Origin: Dehalococcoidia bacterium
GTDB lineage: Bacteria; Chloroflexota; Dehalococcoidia; Lucifugimonadales; SHYT01
DNA: 64,000 nt
Direction of reading: 5' to 3'
Assembly: GCA_009692665.1 (NCBI GenBank)
Contig: SHYT01000006.1
Location: 14,224 to 78,223, forward strand
Made by a program: the position numbers and the translations under genes. Shown piece by piece: positions 37,886 through 45,728 of the stretch. Under the pieces are notes generated by a model. The model was not told the DNA's origin. It saw only the letters and a program-made list of their open reading frames with translations, and searched no databases. Position 1 is the stretch's first letter. Every line of letters starts with the position of its first letter.

Positions 37886-38545
37886 TTAACGTGGCGTTGG
37901 CGCCGGCTCCGCTTCCCGCTGCGCGCTGAAATACTGCGCGTACAGGTTGGCGTACAGCCCGCCCTTGGCCAGCAATTCCTGATGCGTGCCTTGCTCGGCA
38001 ATGCGTCCGTTTTCCAGCACCACGATCAGATCAGCGGCGCGGACAGTGGACATGATGGCCTGTTTGCGGTCTGGTGAAAAACTGAAATGGGTGCGGCTTG
38101 CCACAGAGTACGGAAAGCGTTCCACTGTTGCACCGTTCTTTTGATTCCATACCAAGAGTCGGCCAAAGCCCTCAGCCGACCCGCGGTCAAAATAGATGCA
38201 CAGGTAGACAAAGGCAATATCGCCTTGACCAAGGTATTCGTAGCCTCCCAAGAGCTCGCGGCTGCATTGCCCGTCCCGCGTAGGAGCTCCGGGCAATGGA
38301 ATTGGTAGTTTCTGAAAATCTTTCCCGTCAGGAGTCATGCTCCATAGGCCCGCTTTGGCATTGAGCACACCCAGTTGTTCCTGATAGTCAACAAGCAGTC
38401 GATTAGGCTCCGGCCCAGTCACGTTGAGATATGAGCCGTAGGGCGTACCGATTCGGATTGGAGTGAGCAAGCGAGAAGCGATTTCTGTATTCGCGCAAGA
38501 AATAGCGGTCAGGAGCAACAATATAACTGCGAAACTTTTGGCCAT
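37886..38545 (-). CDS. chimeric ORF: lipoprotein N-terminal part fused in frame to the last ~55 aa of an ABC exporter ATPase
   Basis: The N-terminus has a signal peptide and lipobox (LLLLTAISC) and propeller-like motifs. From about 38053 to the stop, the sequence [37 protein letters not shown] is the canonical C-terminus of MsbA-type ABC ATPases. No Walker or signature motifs are present. Confidence 0.5.
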   Translation of the reverse strand: MAKSFAVILLLLTAISCANTEIASRLLTPIRIGTPYGSYLNVTGPEPNRLLVDYQEQLGVLNAKAGLWSMTPDGKDFQKLPIPLPGAPTRDGQCSRELLGGYEYLGQGDIAFVYLCIYFDRGSAEGFGRLLVWNQKNGATVERFPYSVASRTHFSFSPDRKQAIMSTVRAADLIVVLENGRIAEQGTHQELLAKGGLYANLYAQYFSAQREAEPAPTPR

Positions 38546-38675
38546 GTTTTCATTCTAGCGAATACCAACTTGTAGAGCTTACTCAGGGGTCCTAACAAGG
38601 AAAGCGTAGACGTGCGCAAACAAAGCAGTGACGGTTCACGAACTCCCACTGCTTAGGCTGGTATCTGCCCTGGCG

Positions 38676-39875
38676 TTACGGGCGCTTGGGCTGATCGAAG
38701 GGGACGCGGTGGGGTTGGGAGCCGGTGTCGCCGCTGGCGCGGCGGTCAATCTCTTGCAGGAGCACTTTCAGGTCTTCGATCTGCTCCTCGATGAACCGCT
38801 GCACGCGTTGCTTTTGCTCCGGCGTCAGGTCGCTGGCGGGCAATGAAGCCAGCGCCCGCTCGTGGAAGCTGATGGAGACTTGCACCCGTGCGTGCAGCTC
38901 TGCTAGCGCCCGAGTCTCGTTTACCTTCAGCCCACGCGGCGCAATAACCGGCGGTTGCGCTACAGCCGTGGTTGTCGGTCTGGCTATCGCCGATTGGCTT
39001 GTCGTGGCCGCGGGCGCAGCGGTCTTGGGCGCCGCCTCTGGCGCGGAGCTATCTTTCGCACCCGGCGTGGCGGCTGCTGACGCGGTAGTCGGCGCGGCCG
39101 TTGCGGACACCGCCGTGGGTGCAGGCCGCGCGGGAGCGTTTGGCTGCGGCGCCGGGGCCGCGCTGGCCGAGGGCCGTTGCGGGGCGGTGGCCGCCGATGA
39201 GCCACCGGGCGCGGGAGCCGCAGCCGTGCGTTGGGACGACGCACTTGCAGCCGTACTGACAGGCACGACGTTCACGTTGAGCAACTGCGCTGCCTTGCGG
39301 GATGTTTTCGACGACCGCGACGACGCAGATACAATCGCATCCTGGTCAGCGCCCCGCTTATTGGTAAGCTGCTCCATCTCATGCCCGCGCTCGGCGGCAA
39401 GGGCGGCGTACTGCACGGCCTTGTCTTCCGGCGAGCGGGTGAGCAAGAGGCCTACGTTTTCCTTTGCGGTCTTCACGGCGTAGAGCGGGTCGCCGGGCGT
39501 GCTATCCGTCGACGCGGTGACCGTGCCCCATCCGCCGACAAAGAGCATGAGCGCCAAGGCCACCCCGACGGAAGCGGGCCGCATAAGCAGCGTGAACGCG
39601 GCGGAACGCCTATGCGGACGGTCCGGCCACTGCTGCATGACTTTGGAGAGTCCGGCGCTCCGCTGCTGCGCGGTGGAACGAATGCCGGCCGCCGCTTGCC
39701 TGGTGAGCGCCGCCATCCGCAGGAGCGGCTCCAAGTCGCGGGCCAGCTCCGGGTTCTGCCCCAAGCAGTCCTCTACGCTTACCCCGCGAGCGATTCGCTC
39801 TAGGCATTCGTTAAGGACGTTCTGTAACCGTTTGTCGTTCACCCTTCCACCATCATCCTTCAACCTGGCGCGCAC
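38676..39875 (-). CDS. anti-sigma factor-like membrane protein (DUF5667-type) with a long Ala/Pro/Ser-rich region
   Basis: 399 aa. N-terminal cytoplasmic region, one TM segment (VGVALALMLFVGGWG), the motif PGDPLYAVKTAKENV typical of DUF5667, then about 130 aa of low complexity. It overlaps the stop of the upstream ECF sigma gene. Confidence 0.6.
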   Translation of the reverse strand: MRARLKDDGGRVNDKRLQNVLNECLERIARGVSVEDCLGQNPELARDLEPLLRMAALTRQAAAGIRSTAQQRSAGLSKVMQQWPDRPHRRSAAFTLLMRPASVGVALALMLFVGGWGTVTASTDSTPGDPLYAVKTAKENVGLLLTRSPEDKAVQYAALAAERGHEMEQLTNKRGADQDAIVSASSRSSKTSRKAAQLLNVNVVPVSTAASASSQRTAAAPAPGGSSAATAPQRPSASAAPAPQPNAPARPAPTAVSATAAPTTASAAATPGAKDSSAPEAAPKTAAPAATTSQSAIARPTTTAVAQPPVIAPRGLKVNETRALAELHARVQVSISFHERALASLPASDLTPEQKQRVQRFIEEQIEDLKVLLQEIDRRASGDTGSQPHRVPFDQPKRP

Positions 39876-40506
39876 CCTTTTCCTGTTGCTCGATGACCCT
39901 TCGCAGCGACTTGAGCGCCGCGTGCTGGAGCGCTTTGACTGTATTCACGTCCCGGTGCATTGCTTCCGCGGTTTCCGCCAAAGAAAGCTCCGCAACAAAC
40001 CGGCACGTCACCACTTCCCGCTGCAAGTCCGTCAGCCTCCGCAGTGCTATCTGCACCTGCTCAAAGCTCACGTTCTTCAGCGCCTCTTGCGCCACGTCTT
40101 CGCCGGACGATACCGGCTCCGCGTCGTCCAGCGACACGCCGTCGTTCGGCCCCCGGTGCTGCCGGTGGCGATCCACCAGCACGTTGTGCGCTATGCGGAA
40201 CAGCCATGCCGCAAACGGGCTCCCCCGGAACTGGTAGCCGGTAATGGCTTTCATCGCCTTCAGGAACACCTCTTGCGCGAGGTCTTCCGCTTCCGCAGAC
40301 GAGCTTACCCGCACCAGCATGTAGCGGTACACGCGGTCATGAAACGCCTCGTAGAGCTGGCTGAACGCTCCACGGTTGCCCTCTTGCGCCCCGCGTACCA
40401 GGGCGTCGATGTCGTCCACGCGGCCTCCGGCCTCAGTCCTTGGGCTTATTATCTCCAAAGGCAGGCTTAATGCCCCGTGCATACTATAAAACGTTTGCGT
40501 CACCAA
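39853..40506 (-). CDS. ECF-type RNA polymerase sigma-70 family factor
   Basis: Region 2 (FSQLYEAFHDRVYRYMLVRV...AEDLAQEVFLKA, FAAWLFRIAHNVLVDRHR) and region 4 (REVVTCRFVAELSLAETAEAM). The start may lie downstream of 40506. Confidence 0.85.
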   Translation of the reverse strand: MVTQTFYSMHGALSLPLEIISPRTEAGGRVDDIDALVRGAQEGNRGAFSQLYEAFHDRVYRYMLVRVSSSAEAEDLAQEVFLKAMKAITGYQFRGSPFAAWLFRIAHNVLVDRHRQHRGPNDGVSLDDAEPVSSGEDVAQEALKNVSFEQVQIALRRLTDLQREVVTCRFVAELSLAETAEAMHRDVNTVKALQHAALKSLRRVIEQQEKGARQVEG

Positions 40507-40632
40507 CAGGGAAGGCCCCTTTCCGCGTTGCCCAACAGAGTTCTACAATTGTTCCGACGGATTCCTGCGCAATGGTGTTTCCAAATGGCCTATGGCCAGT
40601 TAGCCTAGAGCAGGCCGTCTATAGAGGAGAAC

Positions 40633-41310
40633 GTGCCAGAAGCAAAAAGGATGAGGTTTTCTTTAAGGCCCCTTGGGCATGACGATATTCCGCAGGTTGA
40701 AGAGGTCGAAAAGAGTGCTTTCCCTACGCTATGGCCCCTCACCTCCTTTGAGCGCGAACTGAAGAACCATCTGGCCTGCTATCTCATTGCCTGGGAGCCG
40801 CTTCAGGAGGGAATAGTCCTGCCACCTCGTCCACCGCGCCGCCACACGTGGCTGCAGCAGTTAGCCGGCCGGTGGGGCCTGGAAGCGCCACGCCCGGAGC
40901 CGCTGCACCCGCCCAAGCAGCGCGTTGTCGGGTATGTTGGGGTCTGGTTCATGACAGACGAGGCACATATTGTGTCCCTAGGCACGCAGGAAGAGTACCG
41001 CCGCCAGGGTATCGGTGAGCTCCTCCTGATTAGTAGCATTGAACTGGCGTACCTACACCGTTCCCGTCTGGTGACGCTGGAAGTGCGCGCCAGCAACGCC
41101 GCTGCCCAGGTGCTGTACGTGAAGTACGGCTTCGCGCGCGCGGGCGTCCGCCGCCGCTACTACACAGACAACCGGGAAGACGCCGTCATCATGAGCACTC
41201 CGCCCATTGACACGCCCGAATACCGGGCACATTTCGTGGGCTTAGTCCTGGAGCATCAGACCCGCTGGGGCGCCTGTGAACGCATCCTGCAGCCCGCCGC
41301 TAGCAGCTAA
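40633..41310 (+). CDS. rimI: ribosomal-protein-alanine N-acetyltransferase (GNAT) with an internal Pro/Arg-rich insertion
   Basis: VEEVEKSAFPTLWP....VVGYVGVW....AHIVSLGTQEEYRRQGIGELLL...LTLEVRASN..A..LY.KYGF is RimI-like. GTG 40633 has GAGGAG upstream. Confidence 0.75.
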   Translation: MPEAKRMRFSLRPLGHDDIPQVEEVEKSAFPTLWPLTSFERELKNHLACYLIAWEPLQEGIVLPPRPPRRHTWLQQLAGRWGLEAPRPEPLHPPKQRVVGYVGVWFMTDEAHIVSLGTQEEYRRQGIGELLLISSIELAYLHRSRLVTLEVRASNAAAQVLYVKYGFARAGVRRRYYTDNREDAVIMSTPPIDTPEYRAHFVGLVLEHQTRWGACERILQPAASS

Positions 41311-41587
41311 CCCCCGCCTTCTTCGACTCCGTTCGGAATCCGGGCAGATTACCAGGGCGATCTCTTTATTCCCATAACTCACAGTGTCATACTCTCGTGC
41401 TCCAGACCCCAAGATTGTCTACGGAGCCCCTCCACATTTTGCCCTCGGCTTCATCCCATTCCAAGACCAGCAGCGAAAGGCAAATACCCTCCGCCTCCTA
41501 CAATCTATACTATTATGTAAATCGACATTTATATGGTGCCCTCGCCGCGCAAGTGCGTTATAGTGCTATGCAACCACTGTGTGATTC

Positions 41588-41616
41588 TTGACACAAGCTG
41601 GTCACTTCCCTATACT
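41588..41616 (+). promoter_or_regulatory. near-consensus sigma-70 promoter upstream of yceD-rpmF
   Basis: TTGACA (41588-93), a 17-nt spacer, then TATACT (41611-16). An AT-rich tract lies upstream, and the yceD SD (GGAGG) and ATG follow about 20 nt downstream. Confidence 0.55.
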
Positions 41617-41637
41617 TTCGCTCTTAGTGGAGGCGTC

Positions 41638-42204
41638 ATGCAGTTCGATGTCGCGCAGCTCCTCAGAGAGCCGATTGGCTCAGAGCGCGCTTATACAATT
41701 CCTTCGGAGATACTCGCCCTGGAGCCTGAGCAAACCGCCCAGGCCGGTGGCGAAGTTCGCGTCACCCGCACGGACAAAGGTGTCTGGGTGCACGGCAGCA
41801 TTGACGCCATCGTGGCCACGCAGTGCAGTCGGTGCCTTAAAAACGTCACAGAGCGCCTGTCCTTTGATCTGGATGAAGAGTACCTGCAGCGCCTGGATCT
41901 GGTGAGCGGTGCTCCCGTTTCGGAGGACGACACTGACCTGGACTCCTTCAAGCTTGACGATCGGCACACGCTCGACCTGCGGGAGGCAATCCGACAGTAC
42001 ATCATCGCGAGCCAGCCCATGAGCCCGGTCTGCAAGGCAACATGCACAGGTCTCTGCCCGCAGTGCGGAACAGACTTGAATAGGCGCCAGTGTTCTTGCT
42101 CTAGGGAGCAGACAGACTCACAGCTAGACCCAAGGTGGTCAGCCCTTCGGGAGCTGATGCCCAAGAACCAGAAGACGAATCAAGTCCAACGTCAAGTAAG
42201 GTAG
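41638..42204 (+). CDS. yceD: YceD (DUF177) family protein
   Basis: ATG 41638 with GTGGAGG upstream. Internal C..C and the C-terminal CK..C.GLCP.CG.DLN motif. The position immediately upstream of rpmF is conserved in bacteria. Confidence 0.85.
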   Translation: MQFDVAQLLREPIGSERAYTIPSEILALEPEQTAQAGGEVRVTRTDKGVWVHGSIDAIVATQCSRCLKNVTERLSFDLDEEYLQRLDLVSGAPVSEDDTDLDSFKLDDRHTLDLREAIRQYIIASQPMSPVCKATCTGLCPQCGTDLNRRQCSCSREQTDSQLDPRWSALRELMPKNQKTNQVQRQVR

Positions 42205-42213
42205 AAGAGAAAA

Positions 42214-42408
42214 ATGCCACCACTGCCAAAACGGAAACTGTCGGCCTCCAAACAGCGCTCCCGTGCGGCGCACTACAAGGCGCAGCCCATGGGCATCGGC
42301 GAGTGCGCGCAATGCCACCAGCCCAAGCTGTTGCACCGCGTATGCCCTAGCTGTGGCTACTATAAGGGGCGCGAAGTGATCGCCCACGCTGCGCCAGAGC
42401 GCGGTTAG
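42214..42408 (+). CDS. rpmF: 50S ribosomal protein L32
   Basis: 64 aa. MPPLPKRKLSASKQRSRAAH...CAQCH.PKL.HRVCPSCGYYKGREV. Confidence 0.9.
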   Translation: MPPLPKRKLSASKQRSRAAHYKAQPMGIGECAQCHQPKLLHRVCPSCGYYKGREVIAHAAPERG

Positions 42409-42453
42409 ACCCATCGGTTCTTCCACCGATGGGTCTATGGCCCACGGCACTCC

Positions 42454-43434
42454 ATGAAAAAAGGATGGTGTCAGCCCTTGAACGAAGCCATGCAGGCCAC
42501 AGAACCCAGCGTAGGAAAAGTCGCCTTCCTGTTCCCAGGCCAGGGAACCCAGCAGGTCGCCATGGGACGGGACCTGGCTGAAGCATCACCCGCCGCAAGG
42601 CAGGTATTTGAGGAAGTTGACGAAGCCCTTCACTGCAACATGAGCAAGCTTATTTTTGAGGGGCCTGAGCCCGAACTGCTCAAGACCTCCAACGCCCAGC
42701 CCGCCATTCTCGCCGTCAGCATTGCCGCTCTGCGCGCGCTGTGGGAAAAGCAGGGGGACAAGTTTCCAATCCCTGACTTTGTCGCCGGCCATAGCCTGGG
42801 CGAGTTCTCCGCCCTTGTTGCCGCCGGCGCCCTGGATCTGGCGGACGCCGCCAAGCTGGTGCGCGCGCGCGGCAACGCCATGCAACAGGCATCCGAGACC
42901 GTTCCCGGCGGCATGGCCGCCATCCTTGGCCTGGACGAGCTTACTGTCGAGGAAGTCTGCCAGGAGACCGGCGCTCAGATCGCCAACATCAACGCCCCGG
43001 ATCAGATCATCATCGCCGGTGACCGCCTGGCCATGGCGCAGGCCATCGACCTGCTCACCGCCCGCGGCGCCAAGCGCGCCATCGCCCTGCAAGTCGCAGG
43101 TGCGTTCCACTCCAAGCACATGGGCCTTGCCGCGGCCGCATTTACGGAAGCCCTCAACGCAACTCCGCTGCACACCCCCAAGGTTCCCGTCATCGCTAAC
43201 GTAGTCGCGTGGCCCCTTAACTCCGCGAATGAAGTGCGCTACGCGCTGCAAAAGCAACTAGTGAGTTGCGTCCAGTGGCATCGCTCGGTACAGTATATGA
43301 ACACGGCAGGGGTGGCGAAGGCCTACGAGTTTGGCCCCGGGCGCGTCCTGTCAAACCTAATGAAACGAGCAACCCCAAATGTCCGCACGTTCAACGTCAG
43401 TGACGTCTCGAGCCTCCAGGCAACCCTCGGCTAG
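42454..43434 (+). CDS. fabD: malonyl CoA-acyl carrier protein transacylase
   Basis: VAFLFPGQGTQ, active-site GHSLGEFSALVAAG, and QVAGAFHS. The start may instead be ATG 42490. Confidence 0.9.
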   Translation: MKKGWCQPLNEAMQATEPSVGKVAFLFPGQGTQQVAMGRDLAEASPAARQVFEEVDEALHCNMSKLIFEGPEPELLKTSNAQPAILAVSIAALRALWEKQGDKFPIPDFVAGHSLGEFSALVAAGALDLADAAKLVRARGNAMQQASETVPGGMAAILGLDELTVEEVCQETGAQIANINAPDQIIIAGDRLAMAQAIDLLTARGAKRAIALQVAGAFHSKHMGLAAAAFTEALNATPLHTPKVPVIANVVAWPLNSANEVRYALQKQLVSCVQWHRSVQYMNTAGVAKAYEFGPGRVLSNLMKRATPNVRTFNVSDVSSLQATLG

Positions 43435-43447
43435 CCTGCAGGCCGAC

Positions 43448-43915
43448 ATGCCCTTTGTCCCAAATCCACATGACATTCAGGACGATGACCTCGACTTTGG
43501 TATTAGCCTGTCACCTCGCAGACAGGCACGCGCCATTGCCGTGGGCGTCCTCTATGAGCTCGATTTAGTCCAGCACTCGGCTACTAACGCTCTGGCATGG
43601 AGCGTGGCTCCCACCCAAGCACCTGAAGAGACACTCCAATTCGCACGAGACCTTGTAGACGGCGTCCTGGCTCACACAGATGCTTTGGACAAACAGATCC
43701 AGCAACTAGCGCCCGCATGGCCAGTTGCGCAACTCAGCCCAATAGACCGGAACCTGCTCAGGCTGGCAATCTATGAGGTAACCCTGGCGTCCGGAACGCC
43801 GCCCAAGGCGGCCATCAACGAGGCTGTGGAACTCGCCAAGCTCTACGGCAGTGAAAGCTCCCCGCGGTTCATCAACGGCGTCTTGGGTTCTATCATGGAC
43901 AAGGCCAAACGATAA
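43448..43915 (+). CDS. nusB: transcription antitermination factor NusB
   Basis: RRQARAIAVGVLYELDL..., LSPIDRNLLRLAIYEV, PPKAAINEAVELAKLYG...RFINGVLG. ATG 43448. The track ORF's upstream extension overlaps fabD. Confidence 0.85.
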   Translation: MPFVPNPHDIQDDDLDFGISLSPRRQARAIAVGVLYELDLVQHSATNALAWSVAPTQAPEETLQFARDLVDGVLAHTDALDKQIQQLAPAWPVAQLSPIDRNLLRLAIYEVTLASGTPPKAAINEAVELAKLYGSESSPRFINGVLGSIMDKAKR

Positions 43916-43968
43916 TCCCTGCCACCTGTTGAGCACACTCTAGACAAAAAACCGGAGGACGAAAACAA

Positions 43969-44226
43969 ATGGCAACCACGTACGAGCGCGTCAAGAAGGT
44001 CGTGGTGGAGCGGCTGGGTGTAGACGAAGCAAAGGTTAACATGGAAGCCTCATTTGCTGACGACCTCAACGCAGACTCGCTGGACCTGGTGGAGCTCATC
44101 ATGGCATTGGAAGAAGAGTTCTCCGCCAACGGCAAGGCTATGGAAATCTCTGACGAAGAGGCCGAGAATATCCACACCGTCAAAGAGACTGTGGAGTTCA
44201 TTGACGCCAAACTGAAGGCCATGTAG
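43969..44226 (+). CDS. acpP: acyl carrier protein
   Basis: 85 aa with the phosphopantetheine attachment motif [20 protein letters not shown]. Confidence 0.9.
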   Translation: MATTYERVKKVVVERLGVDEAKVNMEASFADDLNADSLDLVELIMALEEEFSANGKAMEISDEEAENIHTVKETVEFIDAKLKAM

Positions 44227-44250
44227 CCAGTAGTTCAAACGCCTCTCGTG

Positions 44251-44272
44251 GGCCAGGCGGCGTTGCCTGGCC
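44251..44272 (+). terminator. 8-bp GC hairpin downstream of acpP
   Basis: GGCCAGGC, loop GGCGTT, then GCCTGGCC, 25 nt after the acpP stop. No T tract, so terminator function is uncertain. Confidence 0.35.
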
Positions 44273-44441
44273 GGATGCTATTAATACCATGCGGCCCGGT
44301 TGTCATGCTTCGGCAGCGGCCTCAGTGAAGCAGAGCGGGACCCTGAGTTGCTGACTCCAAGCCTGGCCGAGGGGCCGAACGGGCATCTTGGGTTGCGGGT
44401 TCCCGTCTAAAGATTCAGGATGACAACCAGGGGTGGACCCA

Positions 44442-45263
44442 ATGGGCTACCAGCGCATCGAAGACCAGCTCCACGTTGTCACGCAGCGCGGCGAGGTAGG
44501 CTTCATTCCGTACCTCACCGTAGGCTACCCGGATGTGCGCGCTACTGTGCTTCTAGTGGAAACGCTTGCCAAGGCAGGCGCCACCATTATTGAGCTTGGC
44601 ATCCCGTTCAGCGACCCCCTGGCAGACGGCCCTACCATTCAGAAGGCCAGCCTCCAGGCCCTGCAACACGGCGTCAAAGTTGTTGACTGCCTGGATGTTG
44701 TTACCCAGGCCCGCAAACGCGGCGTCAAAACACCTCTCGTCTTCATGAGCTACTACAACCCACTCCTGGCCCACGGCTTGGCCAACATTGCCCACCTGGC
44801 CTGTCAGGCCGGCGCCGACGGCTTCATTGTGCCTGACCTGCCCACGGAGGAATCCGGCCCCTTCCACGACGCCTGTGCAGTGGAAGGCATGGCCCTCATT
44901 CCTCTTCTCACGCCTACCAGCAGCCCGGAGCGCGTAGCGCTCGGCTGCTCCAAAGCGCGCGGCTTCGTGTACTGCGTGAGCGTCACCGGCGTCACCGGAG
45001 CGCGACAGGACCTTGCGCCGGATATCCGGCCGCTGGTGGAATCTATCCGCAGAAGCACCAGCCTGCCAGTGGCCGTAGGCTTCGGCGTCTCGCGCAAAGA
45101 ACACGTCGCTGCCGTGGGCCAGTTCGCGGACGCGGCGGTGGTCGGCAGCGCCCTCATAGACGTCATCGGCAAGTCGCCCAGGCGGCAGGTGCGTTCTCAC
45201 GTTCAGGCCTTTGTGGCAGAATTAACCCACGTCAAAAAGAATGCGGAGCAGGTGCGACTATGA
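44442..45263 (+). CDS. trpA: tryptophan synthase alpha chain
   Basis: FIPYLTVGYPD, IIELGIPFSDPLADGPTIQ, and VGFGVS. ATG 44442 is preferred; the track start is GTG 44433. No trpB lies adjacent. Confidence 0.9.
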   Translation: MGYQRIEDQLHVVTQRGEVGFIPYLTVGYPDVRATVLLVETLAKAGATIIELGIPFSDPLADGPTIQKASLQALQHGVKVVDCLDVVTQARKRGVKTPLVFMSYYNPLLAHGLANIAHLACQAGADGFIVPDLPTEESGPFHDACAVEGMALIPLLTPTSSPERVALGCSKARGFVYCVSVTGVTGARQDLAPDIRPLVESIRRSTSLPVAVGFGVSRKEHVAAVGQFADAAVVGSALIDVIGKSPRRQVRSHVQAFVAELTHVKKNAEQVRL

Positions 45264-45637
45264 CCCTGGCTTGCCGCGGCATCCGCGGGGCTACCACCGC
45301 TGAAGCCAACACTCGAGACGCCATCGCCAAAGCCACGCAGGAGCTCCTGGAAGAGCTTATCAAGGCGAACGACATCAGGCCTGAGAACGTCGCCGCCGCC
45401 ATCTTCAGCACCACGCGCGACCTGACCGCCGCCTACCCTGCAACCACCGCGCGCGTGCACTTTGGCTGGACGCACGTGGCCTTCATGTCCACCCACGAGC
45501 AAGAAGTCCCGGACGACCTCAAGCACTGCATCCGCGTCCTGGTGCTGGTGAATACCGAGAAAAAACAAGAGGAAGTCCGCTTCGTATACCTGAAAGAGGC
45601 TGTAGCCCTGCGCAACCGGGGTGTGACGACCTCGTAA
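45260..45637 (+). CDS. aroH: chorismate mutase, AroH class
   Basis: 125 aa. CRGIRGATTAE.NT..AI..AT.ELL......N........AIFSTT.DL is the AroH-type signature. ATGA overlap with the trpA stop. Confidence 0.85.
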   Translation: MTLACRGIRGATTAEANTRDAIAKATQELLEELIKANDIRPENVAAAIFSTTRDLTAAYPATTARVHFGWTHVAFMSTHEQEVPDDLKHCIRVLVLVNTEKKQEEVRFVYLKEAVALRNRGVTTS

Positions 45638-45728
45638 AAGGCGCAGCACAAATGAACGCAGCGATTGCTTCCCACCCGCTGCGTTGATTTATCCTTAAGG
45701 GCAGACAGCCCAAACGCATAGGTGACCG

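Noticed and set aside
44273-44432. SRP (4.5S) RNA or another housekeeping ncRNA in the acpP-trpA spacer
   Set aside because: GTGAAGCAGAGC and CCTGGCCGAGG are superficially like SRP helix-8 strings. But the tetraloop and symmetric-loop arrangement (GGUCC-GGAA-GGAAGCAGC) cannot be reproduced.
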